44,474 bases of DNA from assembly GCA_030673105.1 (NCBI GenBank), contig DAOVJS010000003.1:1-44474 (forward strand), written 5' to 3'. Position 1 is the first letter of the stretch. The number at the start of each line of letters is the position of its first letter. Shown in pieces: positions 1 to 8,714 of this stretch. A model generated the notes under the pieces. The model searched no databases and was not told the origin of the DNA. It was given only the letters and a program-made list of their open reading frames with translations. Origin of the DNA: Spirochaetota bacterium (GTDB lineage: Bacteria; Spirochaetota; B62-G9; DRHN01). Both the position numbers and the translations under genes were made by a program.

Positions 1-80
1 ATCACCATATACCGAAAATATGTGTGTCGGTGCAATACACTTAGTTCCCCTCCCAGTTAACTAATTTTGTTGCGTCCGAT

Positions 81-108
81 AAGACTAGCGTTACGCTAGT
101 CTTTTTTT
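81..108 (+). terminator. Rho-independent terminator-like hairpin
   Basis: AAGACTAGCG-TTA-CGCTAGTCTT perfect 10-bp stem running into a T tract. Confidence 0.65.
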
Positions 109-145
109 ATTGCCTGAGCCTCATGTTAATTCAATTATTACCTCT

Positions 146-174
146 TGACTTTCAATTTTTGATTTATTAAAGTT
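146..174 (+). promoter_or_regulatory. Putative sigma70 promoter of the PBP1A gene
   Basis: TTGACT-N17-TAAAGT, about 33 nt before the start. Confidence 0.45.
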
Positions 175-207
175 CAATTAGGATTTAAAAATCAGGAAAT
201 GTAAAGA

Positions 208-2955
208 TTGAAGAAATTAGAACTAATACTCATATTCATCCTTTTATTTCTCTCCATAGTACTTGGAATCGGTATGGGCGTCCTGATTTCATCTTTTGAA
301 AATACCACAGATATTTCCAGCCTTGAAGACTTTAGACCGGAAATACCCTCTAAAATTTACGATAGAAACGGTATTCTTATCAGCGAAATCTTTACGGTAA
401 AACGGGAGCCGGTTACATTCGAAAAACTACCAAAGAACCTTATCAATGCCCTTCTGGCGATAGAAGACGATCAATTTTACTCCCACAGAGGTATTAATAT
501 TAAAAGGGTATTCGGAGCTTTTATAGCCAATGTAAAGTCCAAAAGGATAACCCAGGGGGCTAGCACAATAACAATGCAGCTGTCCCGAACACTTTTTACC
601 GGTAGAGAAAAAACTTATACCAGAAAAATTAAAGAAGCCTGGCTTTCTTTGAAGATAGAAAAAAAATATTCAAAAAATGAAATTCTTACTCTATACTTCA
701 ACCAGATATATTTCGGGCACGGTGCATACGGTATTGAGGCAGCATCTCAATTCTATTTTTATAAACACGTCCAGGATCTTACACTCGCCGAATGTGCGCT
801 TCTTGCCGGCCTCCCTCAATCACCTAACAGGTTATCTCCTATAAAAAATCCTCTCCTGGCTCGACATAGACAGGAGAGGGTACTTGAAAGCATGGTAAAA
901 CACAAAATGATCCCCCCAAATGATGCTTATGACTCGTTCCAGGATTTCTGGATAAACTTCAGGCTCCAGATGCGTTCGCCATCACAGTCTGTTTATAAAC
1001 TTACAGAAAACAGAGCTCCTCACTTCGTTGAATATGTAAGGCAGAAACTCGAAAGACTATACGGCTCAAAAAGAATTTACACAGACGGTCTTAAGGTATA
1101 CACATCACTTGACCTGTATCAACAGGGACTCGCGGAACAATACCTGATAGAAGGACTGGAAAGACAGAATGAAATTCATAAAAATATAACGAAAATCGTA
1201 AAAGAAAATCTTGATAAAAAAATTCTTGATTCTCTCGATATGCTCTCTCTTATTTACAATCTTGAGACCCTTGACATTGGGGCTCATAAAGACGAAGAAA
1301 GAATCCTGACTTATCTGGGTGATAATATCCTTGCCCCCCTTGATATGCTATCTTCACTTTTCAGTGCCGATCAGGTTAACCGTATTCTTCAGAGATCTTT
1401 TTCAATTAAAAAAAGCACCGGAGATTTTCAAACCGTTGAAGGTGGAATAATTGCTCTTGAACCGAAAACAGGATATATTACCGCAATGGTCGGAGGGAGC
1501 TCATTTTCAGAAGATAACCAGATTAATAGGGCGGTCCAAATAAGAAGACAAACCGGTTCTGGGTTTAAGCCTTATATTTACACGGCAGCTATCGATACAA
1601 AAATATTTACTCCTGCCACAATAATTGTGGACAGCCCCGTTATCTTTTTTGATGGTGAAAAGCAGTGGATCCCTGACAACTATGGGGGTTCCTACCGGGG
1701 AAAGGTAAGACTAAGAGAAGCGTTAAGACGATCCATAAATGTAATAACGGCAAAAATAGTTGACAGACTGGGCGTTGATGTTATTATAAAGTATGCGTCA
1801 GGCATATTAGGTATAACAGATCCCGAAAAGATACGCGAAAGATTTCCAAAAGTTCATTCAATAGCACTTGGAGTTGTAGAGCTCTCGCCTTACGAACAGG
1901 CAAAAGGTTTTGCTACCTTTGCAAATAAAGGAAAAGAAGTCACTCCTATATCGATTCTCTACGTTCTTGACAGAGATGGAAATCTCATTGATAACTTCGA
2001 GGCTGAGCTTCGAAAGGATCAGATGTCCCGGGGTGAGAAGCAGATAATCTCGGAGCAGACAAATTATATAATCATCGATATGCTTAGAGATGTTTTAAGA
2101 CCCGGAGGCACAGGGTACAGGGCAGCACAGCAGAATGAGTTTGACAAATCTGCGGCCGGTAAAACCGGAACAACTCAGAACTGGAAGGATGCGTGGTTTA
2201 CCGGTTTTACCCCGGACCTGGTCGCATCTGTCTGGATAGGCTTTGATAGAAACAGCATATCCCTTGGCAGGGGCCAGGCTGGCGGCGTGGTTGCGGCTCC
2301 TATATGGGCAAAGTTTATGAGGGATGCTCTAAAAGATATGCCTTCAACCTGGTTTTCAAGGCCCAGGGGAGTATACGCGGTCAAAATATGCAGAATATCC
2401 GGGCTTCTTCCAACTGAGATGTGCGATGATATAATGACAGAACTTTTTCTTGAAGGGACATTACCCACCGAATATTGCTATGATTGTAAAGGGGGCAAAG
2501 AGGACAAATCCTTTAACATTGATATCTTCAACAGGAAAAAGTCTTCATCAGATAGATTTCTAAACAAAAAAATAGAAAAAGACAATTTATTTGATTTTGA
2601 ATTAAACATTGAAGAATATGAATTCCCCGGTGACACAACCACACCGATCTTTCCTGAGGACTATAATTCCGAAGATATTGATTCAGGTGAAAATCGGGAA
2701 CCTTCTCTTGAATACTCACCCGAAGATCTAGAAACTGCTGAAATAAGTGAAGAAACTTTCAATGAAATTGAACCAGAAACTGCTGAAATAAGTGAAGAAA
2801 CTTTCAATGAAATTGAACCGGAAACTGCTGAAATAAGTGAAGAAACTTCTAATGAAATTGAACCGAAATTAAAAATTATTATTGACGAAAAAGAAGTTCC
2901 TGTGGAAAATACGGCTCCGGATGAAACACAATACATAGAAAGTCCACCTGAATGA
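208..2955 (+). CDS. mrcA: Class A penicillin-binding protein 1A (transglycosylase/transpeptidase)
   Basis: N-terminal TM; GT51 motifs EDDQFYSHRG, GASTITMQL, RKIKE; transpeptidase SGFK, SIN, KTG; acidic repetitive C-terminal tail. Confidence 0.93.
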   Translation: MKKLELILIFILLFLSIVLGIGMGVLISSFENTTDISSLEDFRPEIPSKIYDRNGILISEIFTVKREPVTFEKLPKNLINALLAIEDDQFYSHRGINIKRVFGAFIANVKSKRITQGASTITMQLSRTLFTGREKTYTRKIKEAWLSLKIEKKYSKNEILTLYFNQIYFGHGAYGIEAASQFYFYKHVQDLTLAECALLAGLPQSPNRLSPIKNPLLARHRQERVLESMVKHKMIPPNDAYDSFQDFWINFRLQMRSPSQSVYKLTENRAPHFVEYVRQKLERLYGSKRIYTDGLKVYTSLDLYQQGLAEQYLIEGLERQNEIHKNITKIVKENLDKKILDSLDMLSLIYNLETLDIGAHKDEERILTYLGDNILAPLDMLSSLFSADQVNRILQRSFSIKKSTGDFQTVEGGIIALEPKTGYITAMVGGSSFSEDNQINRAVQIRRQTGSGFKPYIYTAAIDTKIFTPATIIVDSPVIFFDGEKQWIPDNYGGSYRGKVRLREALRRSINVITAKIVDRLGVDVIIKYASGILGITDPEKIRERFPKVHSIALGVVELSPYEQAKGFATFANKGKEVTPISILYVLDRDGNLIDNFEAELRKDQMSRGEKQIISEQTNYIIIDMLRDVLRPGGTGYRAAQQNEFDKSAAGKTGTTQNWKDAWFTGFTPDLVASVWIGFDRNSISLGRGQAGGVVAAPIWAKFMRDALKDMPSTWFSRPRGVYAVKICRISGLLPTEMCDDIMTELFLEGTLPTEYCYDCKGGKEDKSFNIDIFNRKKSSSDRFLNKKIEKDNLFDFELNIEEYEFPGDTTTPIFPEDYNSEDIDSGENREPSLEYSPEDLETAEISEETFNEIEPETAEISEETFNEIEPETAEISEETSNEIEPKLKIIIDEKEVPVENTAPDETQYIESPPE
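2731..2865 (+). repeat. 3 x 45-bp in-frame tandem repeat encoding ETAEISEET(F/S)NEIEP
   Basis: Units at 2731, 2776 and 2821, near-identical at nucleotide level. Confidence 0.95.
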
Positions 2956-2996
2956 CCTGTTTTATCAAAAAAAATACATGAAAGGACTGGCTAATT

Positions 2997-3785
2997 GTGC
3001 CGCCCACAAAAAAAAGACCTTTTCGATTTATGTATTCCGGGGAAAACAATGGATACATAAATATGTCGATGGATGAAGCAGTAATGATGGGTTTGAAAGA
3101 TCACCATTCTACACCTGTGTTGAGAATTTACAAATGGAAACCCCCTACAATTTCTATTGGATATTTCCAGAGCGCGTCTGACATCGATTTTGAAAATATT
3201 GAAAAAGACGGAGTAGGCGTGGTTCGCAGGCTCACAGGAGGGAGAGCAGTGCTCCATGATGAAGAGCTAACCTACAGCATTCTCTTTACGGAAGAAGATT
3301 TTAGCCCTTTCAAAAAAAGGGAAATTTTCATTTTTATAGCACGATGCCTTGTGGATGCGTTGAACCTGATTGGCATTGATTCAAAAATAGTCGAGAAAAC
3401 GAAAGGTGACCTAAAATCCCCGAACTGTTTCGCTTCTCCAGCGCAGTATGAGATTGAAGCAATGAAGGAGGGAAAACTGATCGGAAGCGCCCAGATGATT
3501 AAAAATGGGGTTGTAGTCCAGCATGGGGCAATACCTCTAACCGGATCATACACTCGAATTGTCAAATATTTAAAATCAGGCTCACCAGCCTTTAAATCCG
3601 TTTCTTCCTTAGCACAGGCTTCATGTAATGATATAGGTGAAAAAGAACTTCTCAAGGCATTAAAAAAAGGATTCGGAAACCATCTTCACCTTATTGAGGG
3701 CAGGCTGAGTGACTACGAAAACAAAATAACAGAAGAACTGTCAGTAAAGAAATACTCACAAAAATATTGGATGTATAGAAAGTAA
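2997..3785 (+). CDS. Lipoate-protein ligase A family protein (LipM-like octanoyltransferase)
   Basis: NMSMDEA, LRIYKW..TISIGYFQ, VRRLTGGRAVLHD, CF, KLIGSAQ, QHGAI motifs. Confidence 0.88.
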   Translation: MPPTKKRPFRFMYSGENNGYINMSMDEAVMMGLKDHHSTPVLRIYKWKPPTISIGYFQSASDIDFENIEKDGVGVVRRLTGGRAVLHDEELTYSILFTEEDFSPFKKREIFIFIARCLVDALNLIGIDSKIVEKTKGDLKSPNCFASPAQYEIEAMKEGKLIGSAQMIKNGVVVQHGAIPLTGSYTRIVKYLKSGSPAFKSVSSLAQASCNDIGEKELLKALKKGFGNHLHLIEGRLSDYENKITEELSVKKYSQKYWMYRK

Positions 3786-3790
3786 ACTTA

Positions 3791-4441
3791 CTACTCCTGT
3801 GCTTGTGCCTGGCGTTTACTTTTAACCAGGCGGAACATTTCATACAGATTTTTCACGATGATCCTGTCTTCGTACAACTGTATTTTTCCGGTATTGGAAA
3901 AACTAACGAGGACATCTTTCACCTTATTCACCTTTTCCCCGCACCAATTGGCGATCCCCTCAGTTGTGCTGCTAAACGTCGTTGCTGAGGTTGTCTTTGG
4001 TGAAATATTTCGATTTTCGGCAAGCATCAGAAAAACATCACAAACCTTCGAAGTAATATCAGGCAGAGACAGGATCAGAAGTTTTCGTTTTGCGTCATAG
4101 ATTCTATTAGAGAAAACTCTAAGAAGTTTAACAGCCAGTTGTGGATTGCCCTGGAGAAGAAGGTTAAAATTTTCTTTATTAAATTTCAATACCTTTACCC
4201 TGTCCATTGCTATGGCCGTAGCACTTCTTGGTTGGTCTTCAAGAATTGCCATTTCTCCGAAAATATCGCCGGGATTTAAAATATCAAGTGCCTTTTCCAT
4301 ATCTGATACGATTTTTGTTACCTTGACTCTTCCTTCCTGAAGGATATAAAATTCATTGCCAGGTTCATATTCACAAAAAAGAATATCTCCCGGCTGATAC
4401 GTTACCCCGAACTTATCTATCATGTGACTATCCATTTTCAT
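3791..4441 (-). CDS. Crp/Fnr-family cyclic-nucleotide-binding regulator
   Basis: cNMP pocket FGEMAILEDQPRSATA, C-helix, C-terminal winged-HTH-like region. Confidence 0.88.
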   Translation of the reverse strand: MKMDSHMIDKFGVTYQPGDILFCEYEPGNEFYILQEGRVKVTKIVSDMEKALDILNPGDIFGEMAILEDQPRSATAIAMDRVKVLKFNKENFNLLLQGNPQLAVKLLRVFSNRIYDAKRKLLILSLPDITSKVCDVFLMLAENRNISPKTTSATTFSSTTEGIANWCGEKVNKVKDVLVSFSNTGKIQLYEDRIIVKNLYEMFRLVKSKRQAQAQE

Positions 4442-4480
4442 AAGCCGGTTTCATTCCTCACTTTAAATAAGATTAAAATC

Positions 4481-5509
4481 TCACATAAGCTCGGCAAGCT
4501 CCTTTTTAGCCTTCCGGTCAACCTGACTTTCCGGCGGCATTTTTATAACTTTATCGAAAAAGGAGACTGCTTTTTCTCTATTTCCCTCATGCTTATAAAT
4601 CAGGCCAATATTAAAGAGAGCATCCTTTACATTATCATCCTTTGGATACCTTTTTATCATGTTCGTAAAAATTAAAACAGCTTCTTTATAGTTTTTTAAA
4701 GCTATGAGGCACCTTCCCATTTCAAATTCAATTTTGGGGATATATTCTTTGGCATTTTCATCGAGCGATCCTGACGTATGAAGGGTTTTGAAAAGTTTAT
4801 AAGCATCTTCATACCTCTCCTGTGAAAATAGACTGATAGCATCATAATATTTTGTCGCTATATCGATATCTTCTTTTATTTCAGATTCCTTATTTTCCTC
4901 CTGGGGCTGTAAATCACTATCTGTTTCCCCCGCCTCCTGTAATATACTTGTATAAGTGCCGGAACCTTTACCCTCGAGCGCGTCCTTTACACTGGCAAGC
5001 CGCTCTTTTGCCTGAGAAGCATAACTTCCATTTTGATAGTGTTTCAGATAAGTCTCATATACATATTGAGCCTGTTTGTACTTATGTTTCTTTAAATAAT
5101 ATTCACCGATTTTAAAGAGTTCAATCTGGCTATCTCCAGCCTCGTCATGGTCCAGGAAACTGCGTGCTATTTTACCGGCTCTTCTCAATTGATTGCTGAA
5201 GACTCTAAGAAAGTTAGTTATGATTTTAATATTCTTTGTAATGAGGTTTTCAAACTCCTCATTTGTCAGAACCAGGGCTATTGCGTCTTTGATAACCAGT
5301 ACAGTCTCCTCCCGCGGTCTTTTCGCAAGCGCTGATTTAACCCCAAAGAATTCTCCATTCTTGAGAGTATCTCTTACCTCTTCACCTGTTTCAATCGAAA
5401 GGTGAACGAGACTGACTACACCCGACTTTAAAATATAGATATTATCCCCTAGATCCCCACGGAAATAGATAACAGAACCTGTTTTATATTTTCTTTGAAT
5501 TCCTGGCAC
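4481..5509 (-). CDS. Cyclic-nucleotide-binding domain + TPR protein
   Basis: N-terminal cNMP fold (IYFRGD..IYILKSG..GEFFG..PREETV) followed by TPR helices (LFKIGEYY, FEMGRCL, ALFNIGLIY). Confidence 0.85.
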   Translation of the reverse strand: MPGIQRKYKTGSVIYFRGDLGDNIYILKSGVVSLVHLSIETGEEVRDTLKNGEFFGVKSALAKRPREETVLVIKDAIALVLTNEEFENLITKNIKIITNFLRVFSNQLRRAGKIARSFLDHDEAGDSQIELFKIGEYYLKKHKYKQAQYVYETYLKHYQNGSYASQAKERLASVKDALEGKGSGTYTSILQEAGETDSDLQPQEENKESEIKEDIDIATKYYDAISLFSQERYEDAYKLFKTLHTSGSLDENAKEYIPKIEFEMGRCLIALKNYKEAVLIFTNMIKRYPKDDNVKDALFNIGLIYKHEGNREKAVSFFDKVIKMPPESQVDRKAKKELAELM

Positions 5510-5534
5510 GATTCCTTCCTAAATCGATTCCTTC

Positions 5535-6752
5535 CTAAATCGGTAAAAACGGCAGCTCTTTATGGAAACCAACAATTTCTCTCATCTTTTCCATAAGGCT
5601 CCCCGGATCCCCTATGATAATTTTGTCTTTCCCTTCAATGTTTATCCTGGTGCAATTCAGACCGAAATCATTAAATATATTTTCAAATTTATCATCACCA
5701 TAAATGGGGGTCCCTTCCATAAAAACAAGGGAAATGTCTTTCAGGTGAGCGTTCACAAGAGATGAATAAGGGTTGTTTTGATCTCCGGAGATGATCAATA
5801 AATCACCAAGTTTACCCTTTGCCAATGATCCTAACTTATCCTGAATCCTGAATGCTTTCACGGGATTTTCAGTAATCATCCGTACAATAATCTCATCATC
5901 AAGTTCTTCATTATACATCTCTTTGTACACTTTTTTTGCAAATCTTATTTCATCCAGTATATTCAATTCACCGGTCGCAGGTGAATCCGTACCGATAGAG
6001 ACATTGACACCTGCATCAAGTAATTCTCTTATTTTTGCGGTTCTCCCAAACATATATACATTGGAACCTGGGCACCAGACAAAATGAGCCTTTTTCCTGG
6101 CAACTTTTTTTATATCTTTTTTTGAAAAACCTATGCCATGTACAAGAACAGAATGTTCACCAAGTGCATGGTGCCCTTCAAGAATTTCTATCCCTCTCAT
6201 GGACTCAACATCAAATCCTTCTTCAATATGAGTAACAAAAGGGATGTTATTCTCAACAGCCTTTTTATATTCTACGTCAATCCCATCTCCCCATTTAAGA
6301 TCATAAACAGAAACCTCATGAGCAAGTGAATAATCTTTTAATACTCTTATTGGAAGCTTATCAATAAATGGATTATTTATATGGTGAGGCATATGGTCAT
6401 GTACTGTTGTTATACCGGAGATAAGATTTTTATAAGTACCTACCAGATAAAGATCGAATGGCTCACTTTTATTCCTTTCTTCATATATCGGAGAATTTTT
6501 AAGGTCATAATCCCACGGTAACCAGCAGATATACGGGCTGGTGCCTATCCTGGGATAATAGGTCCCAAATAGATGATCATGTGCGTTCATGAGAGCAGGA
6601 AAAAGGATGTACGAACCATCGATCTCATAATTCTTTACTTTAGATTCCGTAAAACTATCTATTTTTCCGTTTGATATCTTAATACTTGCATCATGTTTGA
6701 CCTCATCGGGTGTTACAATGGTTAAGGGACTTAATGAATATTCATCAATCAT
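5535..6752 (-). CDS. Metal-dependent amidohydrolase (nucleoside/base deaminase-like)
   Basis: PALMNAHDH (HxH), HIEEG, HGIG, GTDSP, GKLGDL motifs. Confidence 0.88.
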   Translation of the reverse strand: MIDEYSLSPLTIVTPDEVKHDASIKISNGKIDSFTESKVKNYEIDGSYILFPALMNAHDHLFGTYYPRIGTSPYICWLPWDYDLKNSPIYEERNKSEPFDLYLVGTYKNLISGITTVHDHMPHHINNPFIDKLPIRVLKDYSLAHEVSVYDLKWGDGIDVEYKKAVENNIPFVTHIEEGFDVESMRGIEILEGHHALGEHSVLVHGIGFSKKDIKKVARKKAHFVWCPGSNVYMFGRTAKIRELLDAGVNVSIGTDSPATGELNILDEIRFAKKVYKEMYNEELDDEIIVRMITENPVKAFRIQDKLGSLAKGKLGDLLIISGDQNNPYSSLVNAHLKDISLVFMEGTPIYGDDKFENIFNDFGLNCTRINIEGKDKIIIGDPGSLMEKMREIVGFHKELPFLPI

Positions 6753-6781
6753 AACATGAGATCCTTGCCATGGATTGTGAA

Positions 6782-6810
6782 ATTATATGGGAATAAACTA
6801 TCCAGGTCAA
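6782..6810 (-). promoter_or_regulatory. sigma70 promoter of the amidohydrolase-cNMP-Crp operon
   Basis: Minus strand TTGACC-N17-TATAAT, about 30 nt upstream of the ATG. Confidence 0.7.
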
Positions 6811-7032
6811 TAAAAATTTAATTCTTCTGCTACTGTGACAAACAATGAAAATTCGATAGTACACTTAATATATTATATCGTCAAATCAACTCAATAACAA
6901 AAGTTTAGATTAAAAAAGTTACATCTAAAACAAATTATAAGTGAATAATATATATAAATGCCAATAATTAACACACTTTTTAACATAAAAATATAATTAG
7001 TAATGAGATCTATCAAACAGGATAAGTAACCT

Positions 7033-7557
7033 TTATTCTTCAGAATATTTAACTATAGAGAATACAGGTTCATTTATACCTTCTCTCCCGCCTAAAAACT
7101 CCAGCTCTACCAGGAACGCTGCTTCAATAAGATTTCCTCCAAGTAATTCTACAATTTCAATCATCGCTTTTAGTGTCCCCCCTGTTGCGAGAAGATCATC
7201 GACGATGAGAACATTTTCCCCTCTATCTATCGCATCTTCGTGGACCGCCAGGGTATCGGTTCCATATTCTAATTCATAAGTCACCTCAATTTGTTTACAA
7301 GGTAGTTTTCCCTTTTTTCGAACCGGTATAAATCCCGCATTTAGAAGATATGCAAGAGGGCCCCCTACAATAAACCCCCTTGATTCCGCTCCTACAACTT
7401 TACTGATCTTTTTCCCTTTATACCTTTCATAGAGGATATTAATTGATTCTTTGAAGGCTTTACTATCCTTCCAGAGAGTCGTGATATCTTTAAATCCAAC
7501 ACCGGCTTTTGGAAAATCCGGAACATTCCTGATAAATTTTCTCAAATCCATAAACAT
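7033..7557 (-). CDS. apt: Adenine phosphoribosyltransferase
   Basis: PDFPKAGVGFKDITT, ESRGF, YELEYG, VDDLLATGGT. Confidence 0.96.
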   Translation of the reverse strand: MFMDLRKFIRNVPDFPKAGVGFKDITTLWKDSKAFKESINILYERYKGKKISKVVGAESRGFIVGGPLAYLLNAGFIPVRKKGKLPCKQIEVTYELEYGTDTLAVHEDAIDRGENVLIVDDLLATGGTLKAMIEIVELLGGNLIEAAFLVELEFLGGREGINEPVFSIVKYSEE

Positions 7558-7560
7558 TCC

Positions 7561-8538
7561 TTACTCATTAAAGGTAAATTCCTTAAGGTCTTTCGAGAGT
7601 TTAAAACTCTTCAATTTTCTCAGGGCACTGTTCTGTATCTGTCTTACGCGTTCTCTTGTTATCCCGATAGCCTTTCCAGTCTCTTCAAGGGTATAGGGCC
7701 CTTCACCATCCAGACCGAATCTTAACTCTATTATCCTTTTTTCCCTGGAACTTAGCTTATTCAACACCTGCTTTAAAAGTTCCTGCAGAGCCATAAAAAA
7801 GATTACATCCTCATACATTACGCTTTCTGTATCTTCAATAAGATCAGACAGTTCCGATGAGCCGTCTATATTCACGGGAGCTTCAAGGGAACCCGGCTCC
7901 TGGGCAATGTGCAGGATTTTTACCACTTTTTCTTTCGGGATACCCAAATGTTCTGATATTTCAATTGGAGTAGGTTCCCGGCCAAGTTTTTGGGTAAGCT
8001 GCTTAGTCATATAGTAACATTTTTTAATTGTATTAAGCATATGTATCGGCAATCGAATCATCCGTCCCTTATCTGCTATCGCTTTAATAATCGACTGACG
8101 GATCCACCATGTACTGTACGTGCTAAATTTAAACCCTTTGGTATAATCAAAACGATCAATCGCCTCAATAAGACCAATATTACCCTCATCTATCAGATCA
8201 ATTAAGCTCAAGCCTCTATGCTGGTACTTTTTTGCAATACTTACCACCAGCCTTAGATTTGCCGTTACCAGTTTATTTTTTACGTCAATCAGTTTTTGTT
8301 CGTACGCTTTCCTTTCATTTTTACATGCCCGTCTATCGATCTCCTCAATCTTTAACTTATATGAAAACTTATTCAAAGTGTCCTTAAAATATCCTATTTC
8401 GATATAACACTTTTTTTCTTCTTCAGGGCGTAATAGAGGGATTTTGTTAATCTGCTTTAAATAATAGGCTATAGGGTCATCCTCATCCTTATGCAAATTG
8501 TGATCAGATTTCTGAAGTTTATAATTCTGCATTTCCAT
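7561..8538 (-). CDS. rpoS: Group 2 (RpoS-like) sigma70-family factor
   Basis: Regions 1.2 (DPIAYYLKQI), 2 (NLRLVVSIAKKY, FSTYSTWWIRQ) and 4.2 (TLEE..ITRERVRQIQ); no region 1.1; nlpD-sigma-apt context. Symbol is based on synteny. Confidence 0.8.
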   Translation of the reverse strand: MEMQNYKLQKSDHNLHKDEDDPIAYYLKQINKIPLLRPEEEKKCYIEIGYFKDTLNKFSYKLKIEEIDRRACKNERKAYEQKLIDVKNKLVTANLRLVVSIAKKYQHRGLSLIDLIDEGNIGLIEAIDRFDYTKGFKFSTYSTWWIRQSIIKAIADKGRMIRLPIHMLNTIKKCYYMTKQLTQKLGREPTPIEISEHLGIPKEKVVKILHIAQEPGSLEAPVNIDGSSELSDLIEDTESVMYEDVIFFMALQELLKQVLNKLSSREKRIIELRFGLDGEGPYTLEETGKAIGITRERVRQIQNSALRKLKSFKLSKDLKEFTFNE

Positions 8539-8714
8539 ATTATAATATAAAGATAGGCAAGTAAACTTTCAATCATTATGATATTTAATTGCTCGCCTCG
8601 TTATTTGTTTTTAGCAATAAAGCCGGTATTAAAATACCGGAGAGAGCTGGTACAAAATACCCGCTTCCTCTGGTACGAAGTACCAGCTATTAATAGATAA
8701 AACCATAAGACAAG

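Noticed and set aside
2731-2865. CRISPR array
   Set aside because: The repeats are contiguous, have no spacers and lie in frame within PBP1A; no cas genes are present
6770-6860. CRP boxes upstream of the amidohydrolase operon
   Set aside because: Only TGTGA half-sites, with no matching TCACA at N6 spacing
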